Position numbers and translations under genes: made by a program. A stretch of DNA of 12,588 bases, taken from positions 2,684 through 15,271 of the forward strand of contig JBHLLT010000046.1 in assembly GCA_048938855.1 (NCBI GenBank), read 5' to 3'. Every line of letters begins with the position of its first letter. The stretch's first letter is position 1. Shown one piece after another: positions 1-7,456 of this stretch. This DNA comes from Promethearchaeota archaeon. GTDB taxonomy: Archaea; Asgardarchaeota; Lokiarchaeia; Sigyniarchaeales; SOKP01. The notes below the pieces were generated by a model. It saw only the letters and a list, made by a program, of their open reading frames with translations, was not told where the DNA came from and did not search any database.

Positions 1-2
1 TT

Positions 3-815
3 CCCAAAACTCATACATATACATATTCCTTTTTAGGAAATCTTGAAGATCTTACAACTATGGGTTTTGAAATTGCAGTAAAAAGTATTAATTCTTTAGA
101 GAGGTATTTTAATAGTAAGAAAAAGGAATTACAGAAATTAATTGAAAATTCTCAAAAAGGAGCCGAGCACTTATTTAGAAGAATTGATGAATTACTTATG
201 GCCTTTGAAATATATAAAGTAGTGTTACCCATAATAACCGAAGATTCCAAAGAGCAAATTGAAAAAGAAGTAGATTTAGAAGATTATAAATTTAGAAAAA
301 GCGAAAAATCAGAATTAAAACAAATTCAATTTGATCCTGAGGTATATTCCGTTGAGGATGATATTTTAAATCAACTTGCGGCTTCAACTATGTTTACAAG
401 TCGAGACCCAATGTTTATTAGGATTTTAGGCTATTTTATAACAAGAAAATATCTTACTCAGAGTAGATTGAAAAAGATCACAGGTTTATCTGTTGGTAAA
501 ATTTCTGAAGAAGTAAATTCACTATTAGAAAATGGATTAATTGAAAAAGCAAGCATTTCAGAAAAAGGTAAAATTACATATAAAGCTGAATCTGCAGGGA
601 TAATGCTTCTAAAGTTTTCAAGATCTGTTATCAATAGAATGGCAAAATGGGAAGATGATTTAAATAATATGAAGAGAGAACTAGAAGATAATAAAAATAC
701 ACTGGAAAGTCTTTATGGGTATATACGGATATATAGATTAAATAATTCTTTATTAGATTCAATTCTAAATTATAAGCGAGTCGTTGAAATGTTAGATAAA
801 ATTCTTGAAGCTTAG
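3..815 (+). CDS. Tandem winged-HTH transcriptional regulator, GbsR/MarR-like (5'-partial)
   Basis: The frame is open from the window edge (PKTHTYTYSFLGNLEDLTT-MGFE...), so ATG 60 is probably internal. It contains a wHTH signature, ILGYFITRKYLTQSRLKKITGLSVGKISEEVNSLLENGLIEK, followed by a helical/coiled-coil tail. The N-terminal part resembles the wing and tail of a second repeat. Confidence 0.75.
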   Translation, partial: PKTHTYTYSFLGNLEDLTTMGFEIAVKSINSLERYFNSKKKELQKLIENSQKGAEHLFRRIDELLMAFEIYKVVLPIITEDSKEQIEKEVDLEDYKFRKSEKSELKQIQFDPEVYSVEDDILNQLAASTMFTSRDPMFIRILGYFITRKYLTQSRLKKITGLSVGKISEEVNSLLENGLIEKASISEKGKITYKAESAGIMLLKFSRSVINRMAKWEDDLNNMKRELEDNKNTLESLYGYIRIYRLNNSLLDSILNYKRVVEMLDKILEA

Positions 816-1052
816 ATTTAACAGAAAAATGCTATTTAAGAAAATTTCCATTCTAGTAAAGTTTTTTCGTGGCAAATTTTGGATTTTTGGGTTTTAAACT
901 GGTATAAATGCCTCAAATGTGGTAGACTCATGAAAAGATAATATATCCTTGTATTAGTTTCAATATCAATACGTTTCTAATAGGTCAAAACATTTCCACA
1001 CTAAGAAATTTGAAAAGACAAATATAAATTATTGAATTTTTATTGATACCTC

Positions 1053-1283
1053 ATGACAAAGAATAAAAGAGAGAAGCTGAAGGAACCTAATTTTTTAAAT
1101 TTTTTAGCGGTATATTTAAGACCGGAGAGTTGGAAAAGAACGGCTCTTGTAATAATTATTGTAGTGTGTGTTTTATTAGTGGTTTTTGCGTTAGAGCCCC
1201 TATTATGGAATCTCCTTTTCGGTGTAGAGGTAAGAATACCCCCTAGCAAACCATTACCATCGCTGTTCCTTACTATGATCTAA
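1053..1283 (+). CDS. Small hypothetical membrane protein (76 aa, one transmembrane helix)
   Basis: Basic N-terminus followed by the hydrophobic segment ALVIIIVVCVLLVVFALEPLLW. It fills the gap between two genes and is followed by T-rich tracts. Confidence 0.6.
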   Translation: MTKNKREKLKEPNFLNFLAVYLRPESWKRTALVIIIVVCVLLVVFALEPLLWNLLFGVEVRIPPSKPLPSLFLTMI

Positions 1284-1370
1284 GTACAAATATTTTATAT
1301 TTTTAATTGTAAATTCTGAAAAAATTAAAAAAAAGGGATTTAATCTGTAAATTTTTTATACATTCCTTAT

Positions 1371-3131
1371 TTATTCGCGATACGTTGGATATAAGTACCA
1401 ATTTCTCATACTATTATATGGGAATTCTTTTAAAGTAGCAGCGTGCACAAAATAAAGTTTATCATATTGTAAAGGCATATGATAAGATTGTACGTCGATA
1501 ATGTATCCCTGAAGTTTTTCATATAGAATATATCTAGCTGCAGTATTAGTTTCAGAAGCGGTCTGCTCTAAGAGATCTTGTAAATGAGGATCATTGATTC
1601 TAGCAAAGTTGGAAGCAGAAGCATTATTGACCAATGGATCAATCATATTGAAGGTTTCAAAATAATCAGGACCCCATCCAGCATAGTAGATGTGAAGTCT
1701 TTCAGGATGAAGTTGGCCCATCCTAATAAATTGATCCCAAGTCAATATTTGTGGGTGAATATCGACTCCAATTAGATCCATATCCTCCGTGAACCGTTGG
1801 ATAAGAAGCTCCATAAAGTGACTAGCTACATTATGTCGGAAATTCCATTGATTATTTGAGAAGTTTCCTGCACCAGCAGTTGGCACAAATTGCGCTGATG
1901 TCCACTGAGCCTCATCACCACCTGGAGTGAATATATCTCCTACTTGAGAGCCAACCTGCCAACCAACTCCAAAACCCATAGATTGCATGATCGTTCTGGC
2001 TTTTGGGACATCATAATTAGCACCTGTGGTTGAAAAGTTATGCGCTGGAAAACCAGGAGGAACTATTGAATTAGCTCTCACAGTCCTACCTTGATCAATA
2101 TCTCGATTGAGGTATGTATAATTAAACGCGTGTGAAATTGCCTTTCTCCATGTCCGGTTTATAATTTCAGAGTTAAAAGCAATGTACCAATAGATGGAGC
2201 CATTAATATAATCATGAACTCCATCTCCAGTTACTGTAATATCTGGATCATCAATGAAATCTTGCTTAAGGGAAGCAATACCTTGACCTAAATAATCAAT
2301 ATCACCAGCCAACATTGCATTATTGGCAGTGACAGCATCTCTATAAAATACATAGACAATCTGGTCCCAATAAGCACCAGTTCTCCAGTATCGCTCCCAT
2401 CGGGCAAATCTAATCTCTGAATTAGGGATATATCTCAATAATTTGAAAGGTCCAGTTCCAATAACGAGATCTGTCCCAAGATTTAGCATTCTATACTTTG
2501 GAGTAGATTCATGACCGACAATTGAACTTGCTGTATAGGCTAATAAACCCTCGCAAGGGGCAAATGCTCCGTTCAAATAGAGTCTAACTGTTAATGGATC
2601 AGATGCTTTATTTGCATTCCACCAGACTCTGCTGGTTAAAGTATCAAAGATTGTTGTTCCATTACTGAATTTGTAAAGTGAGTGTGGAAAAGCCTGAGTT
2701 GAGTTATTGGGTAATGTTCCTGTCGAATTGCCAAAATAATTAATTCTCTCAAAAGTCCAAATAACATCTTCTCCTGTAAATTTTTGACCATCATGGAAAT
2801 ACACATCGTCCCTAAGAGTAAACTCAACACATTTCTCATTAAGCCAAACCCATGATTCAGCAAGTCTAGGAATAATTGGGAAACTTGGGTCTGTTAAATC
2901 AGTAGCAATTAGAGGTTCAACAACCTGATCAATCATATTATTTGACACGCTATCCCAAGTATCCAAAGGATCCATGGTTACAGGATTAGATGTTGTAGCA
3001 ATTTTAAGGACTTCTCCTTGTACCGGAGGTACAACAACGGTCATCATAGCCAAGATAACGTTTCCAACACCAGAAGCAGCTAAAACTACTGCTAGGATGA
3101 TTATCGCTAAATTTTTTTTCTCCATTTCCAA
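1371..3131 (-). CDS. ABC transporter substrate-binding protein, family 5 (DppA/OppA-like), N-terminally membrane-anchored
   Basis: Family-5 motifs: NPVTMDP, PRLAESW, FTLRDDVYFHDGQKFTGEDVIWTFER, IGTGPFKL, WRKAISHAFNY, GWGPDY. Hydrophobic N-terminal anchor. GGTG SD upstream of the TTG start. Confidence 0.93.
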   Translation of the reverse strand: MEMEKKNLAIIILAVVLAASGVGNVILAMMTVVVPPVQGEVLKIATTSNPVTMDPLDTWDSVSNNMIDQVVEPLIATDLTDPSFPIIPRLAESWVWLNEKCVEFTLRDDVYFHDGQKFTGEDVIWTFERINYFGNSTGTLPNNSTQAFPHSLYKFSNGTTIFDTLTSRVWWNANKASDPLTVRLYLNGAFAPCEGLLAYTASSIVGHESTPKYRMLNLGTDLVIGTGPFKLLRYIPNSEIRFARWERYWRTGAYWDQIVYVFYRDAVTANNAMLAGDIDYLGQGIASLKQDFIDDPDITVTGDGVHDYINGSIYWYIAFNSEIINRTWRKAISHAFNYTYLNRDIDQGRTVRANSIVPPGFPAHNFSTTGANYDVPKARTIMQSMGFGVGWQVGSQVGDIFTPGGDEAQWTSAQFVPTAGAGNFSNNQWNFRHNVASHFMELLIQRFTEDMDLIGVDIHPQILTWDQFIRMGQLHPERLHIYYAGWGPDYFETFNMIDPLVNNASASNFARINDPHLQDLLEQTASETNTAARYILYEKLQGYIIDVQSYHMPLQYDKLYFVHAATLKEFPYNSMRNWYLYPTYRE

Positions 3132-3256
3132 AATAATTACACCATTTTTTTGTTATCTTTTGTTATTTTTTTGAATTTTCTTCATGTAAACCTTTTCAGT
3201 TTTTACTATTTTTTTTTTTGTAAATTATAGATAAATTAAAACACGAAAATCTCCTA

Positions 3257-3272
3257 TATATAAATTCGTTCT
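3257..3272 (-). promoter_or_regulatory. Putative archaeal TATA box (TTTATATA) with purine-rich BRE for the binding-protein gene
   Basis: The minus strand reads AGAACGAA-TTTATATA about 125 bp upstream of the start codon. Confidence 0.45.
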
Positions 3273-3570
3273 ATTCTTTTTGGAATCAGAAGTTTCCTTA
3301 CATATCTTAAAATTCTGAAAGAATTGATTTTTCCGAATTTTCAAGATATTACTAAAAGATTATGGTTTTAAGACTCATTCCCATATTCCAAAACATATTG
3401 ATTTTAAATTAGAATCCACAATTTTCTTAAAATAACAAGAGAATCTTGACACAACGCAATATTAAGAATAAGAGAATTATCCTTTGAAATCTTTTTAATT
3501 ACTAATGATTTAATCTTCCACTATTAGAGTAATATAATAATCATAAGCATAATTTTAGTGAAAAACTTAC

Positions 3571-4509
3571 TTGATTGATATGGAATTCCATGGTATAAAT
3601 TTAGTTTTTAAGTATAGATATAAAACTGTCTCAATAGATCATCTAGATGAACTGCAGGAAGATATAGATAAATTACGCCGCGCTGGAAAACTTAGTGACA
3701 ATAAGACCTATAGGAGCTACATCGACAGCAAAAAGTTTGAAATTCCCGAGACGCTTCCTAATGCTAAGTCAATAATAATAATTGCGATCTCTGCTAAACC
3801 CGCGTTAGTAGATTTTCATCTGAATGGAAAAAAGTATGAAGTAATTATACCTCCAAATTATTATGATGATGGAACAACGTTCAAAGATTTTGAGAAGTTA
3901 ATACAGGGGGATATAATAAAGGAACCCGGTTACAAAATTGAATATACAAATAAACTCCATCTTAAATTATTAGCAGTGAGAAGTGGACTTGGTAAGTATG
4001 GTAGAAATAATATATGTTATGTTGATGATTGGGGTAGTATGCTATATTTATATGCGTATTTCACAGATTTCCAATTTGAAGAAGATAATTGGACAGAGAT
4101 GAAAATGATGGATAAATGCGAAAACTGTTCTGCTTGTATTACAAATTGTCCTACTCACGCAATACCAACAATTTCTAACGAGAATTTTGTAATTAATGCA
4201 AACAAATGCATACCAGTCTATAATGAAATTAAAGGTATAATTCCTGATTGGGTTCCTCCAGATGCTCATAATGCATTAATAGGATGTATGAGGTGTCAAA
4301 ATATATGTCCAGCTAACCGAGAAATTATTAAGTTGACTGAAAGATTCGAAGATATAACAGAAGATGAAACTAAAATGTTATTAAATGGTAAGTATGAAGA
4401 AAAATTGGGAAAATCTCTGTCTAAAAAGCTAAAAATGTTTACTCTTCCTGATGCAGAAAGAGTACTTCCTGTAATTAAGAGAAATTTCTCATATTTACTA
4501 CGATCTTAA
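3571..4509 (+). CDS. QueG / reductive-dehalogenase-like 2x[4Fe-4S] protein, probably cobalamin-binding
   Basis: LAVRSGLGKYGRNNICY...GS motif, CENCSACITNCPTHAI, ANKC and GCMRCQNICP match the epoxyqueuosine reductase/RdhA cluster-binding architecture. Alternative ATG start at 3580. Confidence 0.8.
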   Translation: MIDMEFHGINLVFKYRYKTVSIDHLDELQEDIDKLRRAGKLSDNKTYRSYIDSKKFEIPETLPNAKSIIIIAISAKPALVDFHLNGKKYEVIIPPNYYDDGTTFKDFEKLIQGDIIKEPGYKIEYTNKLHLKLLAVRSGLGKYGRNNICYVDDWGSMLYLYAYFTDFQFEEDNWTEMKMMDKCENCSACITNCPTHAIPTISNENFVINANKCIPVYNEIKGIIPDWVPPDAHNALIGCMRCQNICPANREIIKLTERFEDITEDETKMLLNGKYEEKLGKSLSKKLKMFTLPDAERVLPVIKRNFSYLLRS

Positions 4510-4535
4510 TTAAATTTTAATTTTTAATTTTTTTG
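4510..4535 (+). terminator. Oligo-T archaeal terminator
   Basis: Three T-runs (T4, T5, T7) immediately after the stop codon. Confidence 0.4.
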
Positions 4536-4623
4536 GGCATTTAAAGATCCAGAGTATTTTCATGTTTTGAATAATATTCAATTCTTATACAATTAAGTAA
4601 ACAATAAATTTTATACTACCATT

Positions 4624-4638
4624 CAAAAACTTTATATA
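4624..4638 (+). promoter_or_regulatory. Putative BRE-TATA promoter for the small ORF-tauE operon
   Basis: CAAAAAC-TTTATATA about 100 bp upstream of ATG 4737. Confidence 0.55.
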
Positions 4639-4646
4639 CAACCTTT

Positions 4647-4721
4647 TAATTACATTTAACTATATCTAATCAATATTAATTAAATATAATTAAAACTAAC
4701 TAAACATAATTAAAGTAACTT
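4647..4721. repeat. Degenerate 10-bp-period array of TAAYTA hexamers
   Basis: TAATTA, TAACTA, TAATCA, TAATTA, TAATTA, TAACTA and TAATTA start at 4647, 4657, 4667, 4677, 4687, 4697 and 4707; TAACTT follows at 4716. Confidence 0.7.
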
Positions 4722-4736
4722 AGAAGGTTAAAAAGT

Positions 4737-4892
4737 ATGTCAATTAGTTGGGAAGTTGGAAAAGAAGCTCGGGAATTAGATACAAAGCCTGTAAAAGAGA
4801 GATTAAGAATTGAACGACGCTCTATCAAGAGAATTGGCTATGCAATAATATTTTATTCCATAACCATGTTTATATTTTACTTACTTTTATAA
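4737..4892 (+). CDS. Unannotated 51-aa protein with a C-terminal transmembrane helix
   Basis: MSISWEVGKEARELDTKPVKERLRIERRSIKRIGYAIIFYSITMFIFYLLL*. GAAGGT SD-like site upstream, richer in GC than its flanks, and it ends 12 nt before the tauE ATG. Confidence 0.72.
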   Translation: MSISWEVGKEARELDTKPVKERLRIERRSIKRIGYAIIFYSITMFIFYLLL

Positions 4893-4904
4893 GGTCTTTG
4901 AATA

Positions 4905-5696
4905 ATGGAATTGATTCTAATAATTATTATTTTCGCTTTTATTTTTGAATCAATGGATTCCATGGCTGGGATGGGTTTCGGAACGGCATTATCACCTCTT
5001 TTATTATTATTAGGGTATACTCCACTTCAAGTTGTTCCAGCTATCCTTATTTCGGAAACGATCACTGGTATTGTAGATACTTTTTTTGATCATGAGTTTA
5101 AAAATGTTCGTTATTCATTTCATCCATTAAATGATGCTACTAAAATTGGATTAATAATAGCTTTATTTGGATGTTTAGCTATTTTTGTATCAATTCTTCT
5201 TGGCTATTTTGCAATTATTTTTCCTGGTGCTGTAATAAAAACATATGTCGCAATATTAGTAATTTTTATGGGATTCTCAGGGCTTATCAGAGTTAAATTA
5301 AGAAACATAGAATTTTCTTCTGCACATCGAAAACTATTAATTGGATTTTCGGCATTAGCAGGTTTTAATAAAGGAATTGGTGGAGGAGGATACGGTCCTG
5401 TTATTACAATGGGACAAATTTTTTCAGGTGTATATGAAAAAAGTGCCACTGCTATTGTGTCTTTTTCAGAATCAATCGTCTCATTTGTGGGAATTTTGAC
5501 ATTTTTTTTAATTAGTTTTGCTGGAGTAAACGTTGATTTGGTTCTTCTCCCTTCTTTATTTTCGGGAGGTTTTTTAGCAGCCCTTTCTGCCCCCTATTTA
5601 GTAAGAGTAATCCCTAATAAATTCTGGAAATATTTAATTCCAATTTATTCAATTGGGATTGGAATTTATTTAATTTTACAGATTTTTGTCTTTTAG
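4905..5696 (+). CDS. TauE/SafE (TSUP) family sulfite/anion exporter
   Basis: About 8 transmembrane helices. Two repeated Gly motifs: DSMAGMGFGTALSPLL and GFNKGIGGGGYGPV. Confidence 0.88.
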   Translation: MELILIIIIFAFIFESMDSMAGMGFGTALSPLLLLLGYTPLQVVPAILISETITGIVDTFFDHEFKNVRYSFHPLNDATKIGLIIALFGCLAIFVSILLGYFAIIFPGAVIKTYVAILVIFMGFSGLIRVKLRNIEFSSAHRKLLIGFSALAGFNKGIGGGGYGPVITMGQIFSGVYEKSATAIVSFSESIVSFVGILTFFLISFAGVNVDLVLLPSLFSGGFLAALSAPYLVRVIPNKFWKYLIPIYSIGIGIYLILQIFVF

Positions 5697-5770
5697 CTTC
5701 TTTCGAAAGTTTTTATATTATCTTTTAGTTTTAAGAATTTTTACAAAATATTATAAAAGAATTAAAAAAA

Positions 5771-7456
5771 TTACAAAGAAATTTTTATTTCTTTGCCAAA
5801 TAGAATTTTATTTGCCTCTTCAAACGCGTAATTATAATCAAAAATGGTTTTTCCTTTAATAGTCGATGCTTTTTTAAGAATATTTGTTTCAATATTGGAC
5901 TTTAAACGCCCTAAAGCTAGTGCTCCAATTCCGAATATGGTAGGATATATTTCTTTATTATTATCTTTTGGCTTTAAGCCTTCAATACCATATGGAGGAA
6001 CTAAATTTATATCTATCACTATTTTATCTTTTAATTGAGCCATTAGATCTTTTGATAAAATTTGTATCCCGGCAGCAGCTAAACTCCATATTACATCTGC
6101 ATCTTTAATTATTTCTAATTTCTTTTTATCATTTGGAGCAAAAACGCCATGAATTTGTGTTGCATTTTCTCCTGCTTCTTTCATTAATTCTTTTGACAGA
6201 TTTTTTATAAAATCTTCACTCGATCCTTCCCATGTTTCCACAAAATAGGTATTACAATTTAATTTCGCTGCTAATATCGCTGCTATCCTCCCAACTGGAC
6301 CTGCTCCTAAAAGAACTACTTTTTTCCCTTTTAATTCAGATAAACCATGTTCTCTGCCAATTTCAATAGTCTTAGCAACTACTGAAGAAGCTGTAGTGTG
6401 TGAACCACGAGGATCTATTATCACAGGGCATTCAAAAGGAGGTACTAATGACTTTATGACATTTTTAGCTATTTTTTCTCCTTCTTTGACAATAGAACCC
6501 CCTATAAAGAATGTAGTAGGAGCATTTGGTTTCCGGGAAAAAATGGCATCCTGTACTAATTTGGGTACTTGTTCAGCAGTCATCTTACTAATAGGTATAA
6601 CGACATCAAAACCTGCGTCGTAAGCCATGTTAATATCGAATGGAGAAGCGTTATCATCAGTATCAAAAAAATAGCATATCTTTTCTAATGATTCTTTCTT
6701 TTTTACTTTTATCGGAGATAATTCGAGTATACTTTTTCCAATTACATTTTTAATTGAATTAGAACCTGGGTTATTTATTATTGTTGCAGATCTTTTAATT
6801 TTAATTTCTTCAGTTCCAATACCTAATTCTTCAGCTAATTTGCTTATTCCCTCAAAGTGTCTTGAATCACAGATAAAAAATGCAATCAATTTTTTTCCTA
6901 TCATCTGTCGTGCAAATTTTAGAATTCCCATCATCATCCAAGCTTCTCGAACATTATATCTTATCTCATTTTCTTGAGAAGAATATTCTTGCTGTAAATA
7001 TTCCTTCCATAAAGCCATCCGTTGAAATTCTAAATCATCTTTTAAAATTTCATACTTTTTTTCCTTTTTAATACTTTCAATTGATTTTGTTAATTGTTTT
7101 ATAAGTACTCTTTGTTCTTCTAAATTGGAGGAAAGATAACTTTCAGCGTTTTCTGAGATATCTACCATTTTATAATGGATATTATTCTCTCTAAATAGAG
7201 TTTGTAATAGATCTTCAGTTGTAATTGTATCTTCCCACCGACTTCCTTTCTCTTCGACAGCAAAATCAGGATTATATTTAGCTATAAGATTCTCAATTAA
7301 ATTTAGATATTCCCTTGAAATTAGATGTAAATTCCATACTAAATCATGTTTTTTCTGAGCTGAGGCTTCAAACCACCAATCTATAGGAAACTCACTTTCT
7401 ATTAATACCATTTTTAGATTTTTATTTTTTAAAGGTTTTAATTCTAAAACTTCCAT
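5771..7456 (-). CDS. mtdB: NAD(P)-dependent methylene-tetrahydromethanopterin dehydrogenase (MtdB/MtdA family) fused to a ~220-aa N-terminal domain of unknown function
   Basis: aa ~258-561 carry FFDTDDNASPFDINMAYDAGFD, VQDAIFSR, FIGGS, VPPFE..IIDPRGSHTTAS, the Rossmann motif VVLLGAGPVG, AAAGIQIL, IDINLVPPYGIEG and GIGALALGRLK. These are diagnostic of Mtd and closer to MtdB. GAGGGG SD upstream. Confidence 0.85.
   Translation of the reverse strand: MEVLELKPLKNKNLKMVLIESEFPIDWWFEASAQKKHDLVWNLHLISREYLNLIENLIAKYNPDFAVEEKGSRWEDTITTEDLLQTLFRENNIHYKMVDISENAESYLSSNLEEQRVLIKQLTKSIESIKKEKKYEILKDDLEFQRMALWKEYLQQEYSSQENEIRYNVREAWMMMGILKFARQMIGKKLIAFFICDSRHFEGISKLAEELGIGTEEIKIKRSATIINNPGSNSIKNVIGKSILELSPIKVKKKESLEKICYFFDTDDNASPFDINMAYDAGFDVVIPISKMTAEQVPKLVQDAIFSRKPNAPTTFFIGGSIVKEGEKIAKNVIKSLVPPFECPVIIDPRGSHTTASSVVAKTIEIGREHGLSELKGKKVVLLGAGPVGRIAAILAAKLNCNTYFVETWEGSSEDFIKNLSKELMKEAGENATQIHGVFAPNDKKKLEIIKDADVIWSLAAAGIQILSKDLMAQLKDKIVIDINLVPPYGIEGLKPKDNNKEIYPTIFGIGALALGRLKSNIETNILKKASTIKGKTIFDYNYAFEEANKILFGKEIKISL

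Noticed and set aside
1040-1249. 69-aa minus-strand ORF
   Set aside because: Antisense shadow of the more plausible 76-aa membrane protein; no motifs.
1584-3174. ORFs 1584-1775 (+), 2636-2863 (-) and 2974-3174 (+)
   Set aside because: They overlap the well-supported binding-protein gene in antisense or alternative frames.
4647-4721. CRISPR array or replication-origin iterons
   Set aside because: The units are only 10 bp with 4-nt spacers, and there are no cas or cdc6/orc genes or G-string ORB motifs nearby.
4048-5449. ORFs 4048-4269 (-) and 5204-5449 (-)
   Set aside because: Antisense shadows of the QueG-like and TauE genes; the poly-Pro run simply mirrors GGA codons.
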